Shown here piece by piece: positions 46,201-53,978 of a DNA stretch of 64,000 nucleotides. Position 1 is the stretch's first letter. Each line of letters starts with the position of its first letter. The notes beneath the pieces are model-generated. The model searched no databases. It was not told where the DNA came from and saw only the letters and a list, made by a program, of their open reading frames with translations. Source of the stretch: Octopus bimaculoides (lineage: Eukaryota); the NCBI RefSeq assembly GCF_001194135.2, contig NC_068994.1, forward strand, positions 6,647,292-6,711,291, written 5' to 3'. The translations under genes and the position numbers were made by a program.

Positions 46201-47859
46201 GCTGGCACTATCATTATCAGTAACATCCATTCTGCTGCTGTTGGCAGCATTCAGTTTGGCAACGGCAGCCTCCGTTAATCCACTGTTACCTGCAGATATA
46301 ATTAGATCTTAATTAGTTTTCTGACAACGATATTGATTTCAAATTTTGGCACAAGGTCAGCAATTTTTGGGGAGGGGCAAGTCGATTAAATTGGTCCCCA
46401 CCCAGTGCTCAAGTGGCACTTATTTTATTGACCCTGAAAAGATGAAAAGCAAAGCTGACCTTGGTGGAATTTGAACTCAGAACGTGAAGATGAACAAAAT
46501 GCCATAAAGCATTATGCCTCGTGTGTGCTAACAATTCTGTCCTTATTTCTGACCGGGTCAAACGCTTTAGTTTGATCGTATAATATATATATAGTTACTG
46601 CATTACGGTATCATTCAGTCACTCTCCCAATATCAGAACACCCTAAAAAAAATGATATTATTCCAACCCACTTCACCAAGTAATTGTTAATCCACACCAT
46701 TAACAGAGATAAACACGTTTTCTATAAATGGTTGTCGAGATTAGTGAGACTTAACCCATTACCTACCAGTGATCTCACATGAGATCACTCAAAAATTACA
46801 AATTTCGTAATTATCTGTCAATATTTACACATATCTAACGTTTTTTGCTATATCTACTAGGTATATTTCTCTGATATTCAAATGAGGTTTGCTAATTTTT
46901 CACCCAATATCTCGCTTATTTCTATTTAAAATGTTATTTTGATCATTCCAGCGTGTTTCTAAGGCTGCTTTATGCTTGAAATCAAAGTTTCATAAAAAAA
47001 ATTCCAGTTAATAGAATTATGGGAGATAATGGGTTAAACAGTCTATTTGCATTTTGAGTGACGGAATAAAGATTACATATGCAGTATATTTTCATCGATC
47101 CAAATTGTTATTTTTTTGTTTTTTTGCAGACATTTTCATAATTTAAAGCATTAATCCGTTCTGTATAAACACGGGGAAGAAAAACTCTATTAATTATACA
47201 AGACTAATTTTTAGAACATTAAATACGATGCACAGAAATGAAATATTTCTTCATACATAAAGGTAATAGGTAGTTTGTAAGAATATTGACCTTTATCTAT
47301 TATATGCTTAATACATGTAAATAACAAAAACATAAAACAAACAAACAGTATTATTTAATAGTAAAACAGTGGAGTCTGATAAAACTCGATGTTTTGCGTC
47401 GTGAAAAATCCAATTTACAGCAGAGTTAATTATCCCACAATTTCACTCATTAGAAATGTTTAATACTTGTGGAAATAAGCTTTAAAATATGATATATTTA
47501 TAGTATTGAATTCAAACTTACGTACAAGTTCTGAATATTTTGTTTGAGTTAATTAACAGTCAATTAACTCAACCTTGGTATTCGACTGGTATTTAATTAA
47601 TTGACTATATAGCAGTTAGTCAACTTCAGCATACACAGGGACCTAACTAAATATCACAAGGTATATAGCAACGAACATTATATATCGTATTTTATGTGAC
47701 ATTATATTTACCTTTTGTATAGCCTTGTCCAACCCTGTCGCGATGTTCTTTGAAAGTTGGGTTACTTGTACAACTTTGCCCACGTTTCCATCGAGCAGCA
47801 TTTCGCTTCGATGCGATTCCGTGGGTTCTTTTGCTCTTCTTCTTCTTTAAAGGACGCAT
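9788..47859 (-). CDS. RRP12: RRP12-like protein (ribosomal RNA processing 12, NUC173/HEAT), whole multi-exon gene, about 1300 aa
   Basis: Recognisable RRP12 motifs in order: [110 protein letters not shown]. 33 GT-AG exons with matching phases total 3812 nt; one exon is missing at a gap. Confidence 0.97.
10710..10792 (-). CDS. RRP12: RRP12 exon 33 ([28 protein letters not shown])
   Basis: 83 nt; ttttacag acceptor, gtaaat donor; conserved C-terminal motif. Confidence 0.96.
11403..11491 (-). CDS. RRP12: RRP12 exon 32 ([11 protein letters not shown]...LGSEYKSK)
   Basis: 89 nt; tttccag acceptor, gtaggt donor; GGxGIHR and EYKxK motifs. Confidence 0.95.
12389..12458 (-). CDS. RRP12: RRP12 exon 31 ([23 protein letters not shown])
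   Basis: 70 nt; ttcttcccag acceptor, gtgagt donor; phase 0 to 1. Confidence 0.9.
13399..13472 (-). CDS. RRP12: RRP12 exon 30 ([25 protein letters not shown])
   Basis: 74 nt; ttactag acceptor, gtaggt donor; phase 1 to 0. Confidence 0.85.
14125..14232 (-). CDS. RRP12: RRP12 exon 29 (TTKPSKSGK...[18 protein letters not shown])
   Basis: 108 nt; taacag acceptor, gtgagt donor; DGRLII-like motif. Confidence 0.93.
15108..15313 (-). CDS. RRP12: RRP12 exon 28 ([11 protein letters not shown]...poly-K...[24 protein letters not shown])
   Basis: 206 nt; tttcag acceptor, gtatgt donor; AWLKE...DFxD motif. Confidence 0.93.
16188..16340 (-). CDS. RRP12: RRP12 exon 27 ([24 protein letters not shown]...APAES)
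   Basis: 153 nt; ttccag acceptor, gtaagc donor; phase 2 to 2. Confidence 0.93.
16729..16820 (-). CDS. RRP12: RRP12 exon 26 ([31 protein letters not shown])
   Basis: 92 nt; cctgtag acceptor, gtaaat donor; phase 0 to 2. Confidence 0.94.
17147..17304 (-). CDS. RRP12: RRP12 exon 25 ([31 protein letters not shown]...YLEKL)
   Basis: 158 nt; tttcag acceptor, gtgaga donor; phase 1 to 0. Confidence 0.94.
18584..18691 (-). CDS. RRP12: RRP12 exon 24 ([35 protein letters not shown])
   Basis: 108 nt; tcttcag acceptor, gtaagt donor; starts in phase 1, which requires an intervening exon after exon 22. Confidence 0.9.
18985..19270 (+). mobile_element. 3' fragment of a related Tc1/mariner transposase
   Basis: LDYCVW...[22 protein letters not shown]...[20 protein letters not shown]. 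Confidence 0.78.
19310..19533. other. Assembly gap (N run); others at 15832-15841, 52931-53241, 55019-55277, 57318-57532
   Basis: N characters in the sequence. Confidence 1.
20265..20345 (-). CDS. RRP12: RRP12 exon 22 ([27 protein letters not shown])
   Basis: 81 nt; cgtcag acceptor, gtaaga donor. Confidence 0.93.
20905..21063 (-). CDS. RRP12: RRP12 exon 21 ([17 protein letters not shown]...SALSSKG)
   Basis: 159 nt; ttttcag acceptor, gtaagt donor; QKKxYRxLEE motif. Confidence 0.94.
21795..21888 (-). CDS. RRP12: RRP12 exon 20 ([31 protein letters not shown])
   Basis: 94 nt; ctcttcag acceptor, gtgagc donor; phase 2 to 0. Confidence 0.91.
22518..22579 (-). CDS. RRP12: RRP12 exon 19 ([21 protein letters not shown])
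   Basis: 62 nt; ttacag acceptor, gtagct donor; phase 0 to 2. Confidence 0.87.
23478..23632 (-). CDS. RRP12: RRP12 exon 18 ([22 protein letters not shown]...IAPTQ)
   Basis: 155 nt; ttccag acceptor, gtaggt donor; signature [13 protein letters not shown]. Confidence 0.96.
24052..24163 (-). CDS. RRP12: RRP12 exon 17 ([31 protein letters not shown])
   Basis: 112 nt; tttcag acceptor, gtgaga donor; phase 0 to 1. Confidence 0.95.
25009..25124 (-). CDS. RRP12: RRP12 exon 16 (SIQYEAEG...[18 protein letters not shown])
   Basis: 116 nt; ttccag acceptor, gtaaga donor; phase 1 to 0. Confidence 0.95.
26432..26553 (-). CDS. RRP12: RRP12 exon 15 ([33 protein letters not shown])
   Basis: 122 nt; ctttacag acceptor, gttagt donor; phase 2 to 1. 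Confidence 0.95.
26570..27210. repeat. Purine-rich (AG)n / gtggaggtagagtg low-complexity tract in RRP12 intron 14
   Basis: Several (AG)n runs and degenerate GA-rich units. Confidence 0.85.
27266..27408 (-). CDS. RRP12: RRP12 exon 14 ([14 protein letters not shown]...[27 protein letters not shown])
   Basis: 143 nt; start of NUC173 region; ttaccag acceptor, gtaagt donor. Confidence 0.95.
28139..28174 (-). CDS. RRP12: RRP12 exon 13, short ([12 protein letters not shown])
   Basis: 36 nt; ctttctttgtcag acceptor, gtaagt donor; fills the expected position between exons 12 and 14. Confidence 0.85.
28621..28800 (-). CDS. RRP12: RRP12 exon 12 ([10 protein letters not shown]...[22 protein letters not shown])
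   Basis: 180 nt; ctgtag acceptor, gtaaga donor. Confidence 0.94.
29616..29727 (-). CDS. RRP12: RRP12 exon 11 ([22 protein letters not shown]...AAGALQ)
   Basis: 112 nt; tttacag acceptor, gtaact donor; phase 2 to 0. Confidence 0.92.
30323..30414 (-). CDS. RRP12: RRP12 exon 10 ([30 protein letters not shown])
   Basis: 92 nt; ttctgtag acceptor, gtaagt donor; phase 0 to 2. Confidence 0.95.
30690..30830 (+). mobile_element. Penelope-like pLTR/3' fragment with a degenerate hammerhead-like core
   Basis: TTGAAGA-GCGTAGCTC-GAAACGTT at 30711-30734; family assignment is by resemblance only. Confidence 0.4.
31156..31254 (-). CDS. RRP12: RRP12 exon 9 ([13 protein letters not shown]...LNAQLIT)
   Basis: 99 nt; tttcag acceptor, gtaagt donor. 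Confidence 0.93.
32088..32215 (-). CDS. RRP12: RRP12 exon 8 ([16 protein letters not shown]...[13 protein letters not shown])
   Basis: 128 nt; ccag acceptor, gtaagt donor; phase 1 to 0. Confidence 0.93.
33269..33407 (-). CDS. RRP12: RRP12 exon 7 ([14 protein letters not shown]...[19 protein letters not shown])
   Basis: 139 nt; aacag acceptor, gtaagt donor; phase 0 to 1. Confidence 0.93.
33424..33495. repeat. 17-bp minisatellite, 4 perfect units
   Basis: aaggagaatattagaag at 33424, 33441, 33458, 33475. Confidence 0.95.
34023..34139 (-). CDS. RRP12: RRP12 exon 6 ([12 protein letters not shown]...FITHKKPK)
   Basis: 117 nt; tttttccag acceptor, gttagt donor. Confidence 0.92.
35526..35631 (-). 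CDS. RRP12: RRP12 exon 5 ([35 protein letters not shown])
   Basis: 106 nt; tttag acceptor, gtaagt donor; phase 2 to 0. Confidence 0.93.
36306..36382 (-). CDS. RRP12: RRP12 exon 4 ([26 protein letters not shown])
   Basis: 77 nt; ttccag acceptor, gtaag donor; phase 0 to 2. Confidence 0.92.
36651..37027 (-). mobile_element. Full-length tRNA-derived SINE (family B), flanked by TA repeats. Partial copies near 2160-2760, 3985-4250, 14420-14700, 22900-23160, 23700-24030, 24270-24460, 25220-25380, 27570-27990, 42870-43220, 44290-44520, 49100-49285, 62360-62590.
   Basis: Head AGGAGTGGCTGTGTGG (A box) and GGTTCAGTCCC (B box); CCTTGGGCAAGTG CORE/V-like motif; many copies in the window. Confidence 0.88.
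37078..37246. repeat. 32-bp minisatellite, 5 units plus a partial unit
   Basis: Unit ggtcacttgcttagtccgtgaatcaaacccac starting at 37078, 37110, 37142, 37174, 37206. Confidence 0.95.
37347..37430 (-). CDS. RRP12: RRP12 exon 3 ([28 protein letters not shown])
   Basis: 84 nt; ggcag acceptor, gtaagt donor; highly conserved motif. Confidence 0.96.
38176..38510 (+). mobile_element. Probable non-autonomous Helitron/Helentron-like element
   Basis: ...aaaatctaatcag...tttcatccgaatccatccagtggttcttgaga...acaaacaaacac...aaaacaatacctctgccttcgttaaagcggtggcaataa with a terminal hairpin; assignment by resemblance. Confidence 0.5.
39600..41040 (+). mobile_element. Degraded Tc1/mariner (maT/DD37D-like) transposase remnant interrupted by a SINE
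   Basis: Frameshifted translation gives [60 protein letters not shown]. Confidence 0.82.
40326..40518 (+). mobile_element. tRNA-derived SINE (family A, Meta-like core) inserted in a mariner remnant with an approximately 15-bp TSD. Other copies near 5193-5400, 5760-6170, 11913-12145, 17475-17700, 34540-34760, 37490-38170, 41670-41885, 46345-46540, 50700-50920, 52450-52560, 53985-54200, 63020-63140.
   Basis: GGCGAGCTGGCAGAAACG head and GAGTTCAAATTCC B box; in other copies the core GCCTTTCATCCTTTCGGGGTCGATAAATTAAGTACCAG resembles the MetaSINE domain (from memory). TSD aagattctgttcctt 40311-40325 / aagattcagctcctt 40519-40533. Confidence 0.88.
43520..43925 (-). mobile_element. RTE-clade LINE 3' end (ORF C-terminus plus family C tail)
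   Basis: WYGHVMPMD...[12 protein letters not shown]...[12 protein letters not shown] followed by gtggttggcattaggaaggg. Confidence 0.8.
45715..46089 (-). other. In-frame read-through ORF in RRP12 intron 2, 124 aa plus stop, Gly/Asp/Glu-rich
   Basis: The exon-2 frame stays open past the donor to TAA at 45717-45715. Confidence 0.45.
46090..46289 (-). CDS. RRP12: RRP12 exon 2 (GNSGLTEAA...[24 protein letters not shown])
   Basis: ctgcag acceptor, gtaaga donor; 200 nt; phase 1 to 0. Confidence 0.93.
47712..47859 (-). CDS. RRP12: RRP12 coding exon 1 ([11 protein letters not shown]...[27 protein letters not shown])
   Basis: ATG at 47859; 148 nt; donor gtaaat; ends phase 1. Confidence 0.92.
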
Positions 47860-48120
47860 CTTGTATTCTAACTATTACTATTTTAATAAAATAAAGGCTA
47901 AATACATTGATACATATCAGGTATGTATGTATAAAGGATTGTACATTCAGTTGGTAGCACGTGTCTGGAGGATATATATTAAGACAGGATGTAGACGTGG
48001 TTTTACGACAGCGGACTTTCAGCACGAGGTTTTGAGATTAATGGCACCTCAGCCGAACAGGTTTTTGTGATCGTCGTTGTTTATTTAATTCCTCATTAAA
48101 TGTAATACGTCAGACCCATA
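47860..48120 (-). promoter_or_regulatory. Probable RRP12 5' UTR / proximal promoter region
   Basis: Repeat-free, locally CpG-enriched stretch directly upstream of the ATG; TSS not determinable. Confidence 0.4.
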
Positions 48121-48797
48121 ATTACAGGGATTACAACTATGAACATCCACCTTTTTTTAGTGGCATAGTGTATCTGCGACAACATTATCTGATTTTTAAT
48201 TTTTTTAATTTTCTTTTAAATAACAGGACTTGATGGCCTTTATTTGATATTTAGCAGTTATTTCTAACAGGAATTACCAAAAACACTTGGTTAAGTTTCT
48301 ATAGGTAATAAAATATGATAAACAATGGAGCTGGAATAATTCATTATAGTTCTATCTGTTGTGATTATAAAATTTGATATATGTTATATTCTAAGCTTGA
48401 CTAATTTAGAATCGAAACCCTTTACCAAACAGCCGGAGAACGTCCCTTGTCCTATGATATAAATTTCCTAAATTAAAACCTTCCATCAAAATTCTATGCT
48501 AATTTATATTCCAAACTCCAGCTAAATAATGAGTCTTTTTCTTTTTTTAAATCCTAAATCCGTCATTTGTCATTCAAAATTAATTGAAATATCTGCAGCG
48601 CATTTGAACAGGAATAAAGTAACAAAGGGGAAGTTACAAATGAAAATCCAATGTATAAGGGGCAATAACTCAGTGTTTTGACTACGAGCTAATATATTAG
48701 AACTTTGATTTTGATTATAAGATACAAAATCAAGATATGATAAATGAGCAAGAATAAATATATATTGTTATATTTCAGGACGGTCATTTTTTTTACC

Positions 48798-49096
48798 AAA
48801 TAAACACACGCACTATATATTTGTTCTTCACTTCAGATTTTTAAAATTTTTTCTTGTTTTATGTCTTTTGTTTGGAAATCTATTGTCACACATCTCATGA
48901 CCTTTTCTGCAGCTCTCCATCCCATGTGTCTCCTCCTGTTCTGTTTAGGCAATTCTGTTTAGAATATAAACTAAACAGAACAGGAGGAGATACGTGGGAT
49001 GGAGAGGCGCTGAAGCGATCACAGATAATGAACATAAAATAAGACCAATAATGAATCTGAAGTGAAGAACAAATATATGTAGTCGTGCGTTTATTT
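48798..49096. repeat. About 300-bp imperfect palindrome (foldback/MITE-like)
   Basis: Inner 36-bp arms 48913-48948 / 48971-49006; outer arms pair out to 48798 / 49096. Confidence 0.85.
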
Positions 49097-49454
49097 AATC
49101 TTTTACTTGTTTCAGTCATTTGACTGCGGCCATGCTGGAGCACCGACTTTGGTCGAGCAAATCGACCAGGACTTATTCTTTGTACTTATTCTCTCGGTCT
49201 GTTTTGCCGAACCGCTAAGTTACGGAGACGTAAATACACCAGCATCGGTTGTCAAGCGATGTTGGGGGAGAAACAGGAAAGACTTTTGGCCCGTCCCCAC
49301 TATTTTCTCCCAAATTTGTTTATTAAAATTTTTTTTTTCCCAAAACCCCCATTTTCAGATACGGAGGTTCCGGAAAATTGCCAAAAATCGGCATTGTTAA
49401 ATTTCCCCCCCTTTCTCCACTCGAATTCTTCAATTTTGACTTTTTTTTCCCCAA

Positions 49455-49505
49455 CACTAACTCTAACACTAACCCTAACCCTAAAACCCTAACCCTAACC
49501 CTAAC
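49455..49505. repeat. Interstitial telomere-like (CCCTAA)n tract
   Basis: cactaactctaacactaaccctaaccctaaaaccctaaccctaaccctaac. Confidence 0.85.
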
Positions 49506-49690
49506 ATTCAACAAAAAATGCCCCTAAACAATGCCCCCAGCGTGACCGCAATCTAATAACTGAAATAAGTAAATAAGGGTTATTAATTTATGCTTAGAAT
49601 TTAAGGGGAGGAAACTCTAGCATTAGAAGAGGATTCGCTGACGAGATCGTCCTCGAGTTTCTTAGAACGTATTTTCCTTATAAATCACAT

Positions 49691-50031
49691 TGTAGGAAAT
49701 TGGTTATACACCATTAGGGGTATACCCGCTTTCCTATATTAAATTCTGAAGAAAACAACGTAACGCAGAACTCCGAACTATCAACACAACAATATTTATT
49801 TATGGAGGAAAATAGGCAGCTTTAATCTTGGTTGCTGAGACGCCTTCTGTGAGAGAGCATGGTTGCTGAGACGCCGGTATGTTGATGTGAGCTGTCCCCA
49901 GAGTTGGAATGATGGAGAGACAGCTTGACCCGTCCATGCTCGTGGCCGGCCGACCGAGAAAGAGAAAGAATCAGGGCGCCAAACTTGGATATTGATGACT
50001 ACGCATGCGCACGAGACAAGGCGTTACTACA
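49691..50031 (-). mobile_element. Solo LTR (Ty3/gypsy-type)
   Basis: TGTAG...CTACA termini; 4-bp TSD ACAT (49687-49690 / 50032-50035); homologous to 57702-58092. Confidence 0.8.
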
Positions 50032-50409
50032 ACATCAACTACTTTATCGTATCACTACTGCTTAAGTCTCTCTGAGAGATTTAGAAATGTAACATTTCTA
50101 ATTTTCGTAAATCAGTGAATTCTTCAGCCAGCAAGTCATGCTACTCCAGGCTGATGACAAGCAAAAACTCAGAAACATGTCTGTGGATGCAGGCTTGGCT
50201 AAGTGGAGGTGCTTGTCTCCCCCTCGTAAACATAAGGACGCAGGAAATGTGTCAAGGCCGACAGGAAGCGGTGCAGCTTCCCAGGGCTAAATAACAGTTG
50301 TATGATTCCTTTATTGGGAATATTGTTCGCTGCCGAAGCATCACTCTCGTGGGAAGCATCACTCTCAGAGTTCTATAAAGCTGGTTAAGTCACTGCTGAG
50401 GACACTCTT

Positions 50410-50640
50410 TGTTCTCTCATGCTGTTCTTCCCTCTGCTGGCTATTTGAGTAAAGTGTCACCCTCAGATTTCTTTGAAGCCAGTCAAATGACTGCTTAGGG
50501 TCCTTTTCTTTCCCTCACGCTGTTTTCCTTTCTGCTGGCTATTTGAGTGAAGAATCACTCACAGATTTCTTTGAAGATGGTCAAGGCGACTTCATAGAAC
50601 CCTCTGCTTTCCCTTATTCTGTTTTCCCTTTTGTAGAATC
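50410..50640. repeat. Degenerate tandem repeat with a 98-bp period
   Basis: ctgctggctatttgagt at 50434 and 50532, with matching downstream cagatttctttgaag. Confidence 0.7.
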
Positions 50641-51264
50641 CATACAGATCGCAGTTTAATGAGCCTACTCTGCCATGACTTGGCATGATAGTATATTTGT
50701 TTCTTTATTGCCTACAGGGGGCTAAAGATAGAGGGGACTAACAAGGACAGACAAAGGGATTAAGTCGATTACATCGACCCCAATGCGTAACTGGTACTTA
50801 TTTACTCGACCCCGAAAAGATGAAAGGCAAAGTCGACCTCGGCTGAATTTGAACTCAGAACGTAAAGACAGACGAAATACCGCTAGACATTACGCCCGGC
50901 GTGCTAACGATTCTGCCAGTTGAGTGAAGTGTCACACTTAAAATTCTTTGAAAAAAGCATGAGCGTCACACCCAAAATTCATAAGACGACCAAAGAAAAA
51001 GAAAAAAAAAAAGCAAAGTAAAAGAAAAAAAATTCACTAAACAAAAAACTGTTTGTTTCCACCCAGGAGAGTAAACACTGGCGTGCACTCGAATGTGCCA
51101 GGACATGTTATATCAGGGTGAAACAGTCCAATAAAGTAAACACATGAATATCTGAGATGACTAGTTTGTGTTCAGTGTCATTGTAAATCATTAACGTCAC
51201 TGAATTGATTCTTTGATCAAACATCCTTGTTTATCAGATTCAGTAAGGTAGTAATTTATTTACT

Positions 51265-51295
51265 ACTAGCAAAGATACCCGGCGTTGCTCGGGAT
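51265..51295 (+). mobile_element. Helitron/HINE-like terminal fragment
   Basis: ACTAGCAAAGATACCCGGCGTTGCTCGGG hairpin-bearing terminus. Confidence 0.35.
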
Positions 51296-51333
51296 TAAAA
51301 TGGCAGTTTTTTTATTGTCTATACATATATATA

Positions 51334-51713
51334 TGTTGGCACTCCGTCGCTTACGACGTCGAGGGTTCCAGTTGATCCGATCAACGGAACAGCCTACTCG
51401 TGAAATTAACGTGCAAGTGGCTGAACACTCCACAGACACGTGTACCCTTAACGTAGTTCTCGGGGATATTCAGCGTGACACAGTGTGACAAGGCTGACCC
51501 TTTGAATTACAGGTACAACAGAAACAGGAAGTAAGAGTGAGAGAAAGTTGTGCTAAAAGAGTACAGCAGGTTTTACCACCATCCCCTGCCGGAGCCTCGT
51601 GGAGCATTAGGTGTTTACGCTCAATAAACACTCACAGCACCCAGTCTGGGAATCGAAACCGCGATCCTATGACCGCGAGTCCACTGCCCTAACCACTGGG
51701 CCATTGCGCCTCC
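51334..51713 (-). mobile_element. Full-length tRNA-derived SINE (family D). Partial copies near 11770-11905, 12980-13210, 31810-31990, 42060-42410, 52560-52755, 59583-59637.
   Basis: Head GGAGGCGCAATGGCCCAGTGG and GTTTCGATTCCC B box; 3' stem-loop CGTCG-TAAG-CGACG. Confidence 0.87.
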
Positions 51714-51719
51714 ACCTGG

Positions 51720-52050
51720 AGCTAATGCATTACTGTGCCAACACCTGCAAAATTTAGCATCCAATTCAGTCTCCTGTTTCCTAACACTCGTGAATACGGT
51801 CCCAAGATACTTAAACTTTTCCACTTGCTTCAGTGATGTTCTCTTAACATGCAGAGTGCACTTGGAAGACTTTCTTGAGAAGACAAATGTCTCAGTTAAT
51901 GACACCGAAATAGACAAATCGGTATCTTTTTTTTGTCGACTACGCTGCATCACGTGATAAGTGATGCGTTGTTTGCATAAATTCAAAAGTGTTGATGTCT
52001 TTGTCAACGTCAAATCTACCTTTAAAATTATTTTCACAAACGTTTTCTTA
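51720..52050 (-). mobile_element. RTE-like LINE fragment (RT thumb region)
   Basis: SLKQVEKFKYLGTVFTS...ELDAKF motif. Confidence 0.72.
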
Positions 52051-52226
52051 AACCATTTTTGGCTTGATTAAGGAATTTACATCTGGGTGAGTTCGCAAAA
52101 TATATTTTTTAAGATCTTGAGCAGAATCGTTAGTGCATCGGACGAAATGTTTAGCGATATTTCATCGCTCGAGGTCGATTTTGTTTTCATTCTTTCGGGG
52201 GTCGATAAATTTAGTATCCGTTGAAC

Positions 52227-52343
52227 AGCGGCGGTAAAGAATACGCAGACCACCCCTAACTCTAACCCTAACCCTAACCCTAACCCTAAACCCTAACTGT
52301 AACCCCTAAATACTGGGTGTGCGTATTCTTTACTTTCGCCACT
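52227..52343. mobile_element. Short TIR element with a (CCCTAA)n core inserted in a family A SINE
   Basis: Perfect 14-bp IR gtaaagaatacgca 52234-52247 / 52320-52333, extendable with one 3-nt gap. Confidence 0.7.
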
Positions 52344-53436
52344 AAAGGCGATGTATTCGACTAGCACCCACTTCCCCTAAAATTATTGACCCTTTGGAGC
52401 AGTTAGGATAGGATAGAATTATCAAAACATTATAGTACATAGGCTTTTTAAGGCGGCGAACTGGCAGAAGCGTCAGCACGCCGGGCGAAATGCTTAGCGG
52501 TATTTCGTCTGTCTTTACGTTCTGAGTTTAAATTCCGCCGAGGTCAACTTTGCCTTTTATCTCACTCCTACTTCTTGTTTCTGTTGTACCTGCATTTCAA
52601 AAGGGCCAACCTTGTCACATTCTGTGTCACGCTGAACGTTAAAGGTATACGTGTCTGTGGAGTGCTCAGCCACTTTGCACGTTAATTTCACGAGCGGGCT
52701 GTTCCGTTGATCGGATCAACTGGAACCCTCGTCGTCGTGACCGACGGAGCGCCACGATATTCATTATAGAAAATAGTCTAATACTGGGGTATATAAATCC
52801 ACGACGAAAAAAAAAATGGGAATTAGTACACCTGGTGGACTAATTTAATTGAAGGATAATAGTCAATAACGTTGACTTGGTTGAAACTGCATCTTCTCTA
52901 TGTTCTCTTACACTAAACCACGTGACATGCNNNNNNNNNNNNNNNNNNNNNNNNNNNNNNNNNNNNNNNNNNNNNNNNNNNNNNNNNNNNNNNNNNNNNN
53001 NNNNNNNNNNNNNNNNNNNNNNNNNNNNNNNNNNNNNNNNNNNNNNNNNNNNNNNNNNNNNNNNNNNNNNNNNNNNNNNNNNNNNNNNNNNNNNNNNNNN
53101 NNNNNNNNNNNNNNNNNNNNNNNNNNNNNNNNNNNNNNNNNNNNNNNNNNNNNNNNNNNNNNNNNNNNNNNNNNNNNNNNNNNNNNNNNNNNNNNNNNNN
53201 NNNNNNNNNNNNNNNNNNNNNNNNNNNNNNNNNNNNNNNNNTTTGGTATTTCCTTGTTTCATACAATTCTGAAAAAAAAAAAATTTTTCCTTTAAATCTC
53301 TGTTATTTTTTAAAACGTTTTTGCCACCTCACCTTTCGTACCCTTTTCCTTTTTTCACGAAGTGTGAGATTTTGAAGGACAGCTTTTTCCAAAACTCCGC
53401 TAATTATAATTATTATTATTATTACTATTATTATTT

Positions 53437-53612
53437 GTCAACAACCGTTGAATGGGGTGGGGCTTGGGCATGCCGTGGTTGGTGATGCGCAGACATGCGC
53501 TTAAGGCTGTGTCATCTCCAGCGTTTCCTTGACAGTGAGCAGGTGTGGTCGCCGTTTGTTAGACTCGCTCTTCCACAGCTCGTCTCCTTGACTGAGCTGC
53601 AATCCTGGATGT
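53437..53612 (+). mobile_element. Tx1/L1-clade ORF2 fragment (post-RT region)
   Basis: GLGMPWLVMRRHALRLCHLQRFLDSEQVWSPFVRLALPQLVSLTELQSW; homologous to 63761-64000. Confidence 0.65.
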
Positions 53613-53689
53613 TTAATTTTTATTGTTTTTTTTTAATGTTTACACGCTGTAAAACCCTTTGTACCGTCTTGTGTTGTCTTGTTGACTGA

Positions 53690-53882
53690 AGATAATGTGT
53701 TTACCGGGGGTTTGTACTGTTTGTCAAGTCACAACAAGGACCTCAGATAGACAGTGCTTTATGCAATATTTGTGCAGTTCCAAGTAATGCCGACTTTTGC
53801 AATACACCTAGATTGTAGGGTATTTCTAAAGTTTTCAGATGTTTTTTCAGATGGGGTGGTATTGAACCCAATGCTCCGATGA
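53690..53882 (-). mobile_element. R4/Dong-like LINE 3' fragment abutting (TAA)n
   Basis: IVIGALGSIPPHLKKHLKTLEIPYNLGVLQKSALLGTAQILHKALSI*. Confidence 0.8.
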
Positions 53883-53884
53883 CA

Positions 53885-53885
53885 A

Positions 53886-53948
<63 letters not shown>

Positions 53949-53978
53949 CATCATTATTATTATTATTATTATTATTAC
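53885..53978. repeat. (ATT)n microsatellite; similar tracts at 21-51, 173-197, 61741-61825 (CTA)n, 63137-63207, 63394-63470, 63700-63762 (TCTA)n
   Basis: Direct observation. Confidence 0.95.

Noticed and set aside
9897-47711. Intronic C/D or H/ACA snoRNAs expected in a ribosome-biogenesis host gene
   Set aside because: TGATGA/CTGA motifs are swamped by (ATG)n repeat tails and I found no convincing box pair with terminal stem; snoscan or Infernal would be needed.
47750-48070. Antisense ORF and plus-strand donor (cag|gtatgt at 47931) overlapping RRP12 exon 1
   Set aside because: No recognisable protein and no downstream exon found; explained as the complement of exon 1 and promoter.
52840-53295. 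ORFs spanning N runs (also 19249-19599, 54937-55351, 57248-57733)
   Set aside because: They are artefacts of unknown bases lacking stops.
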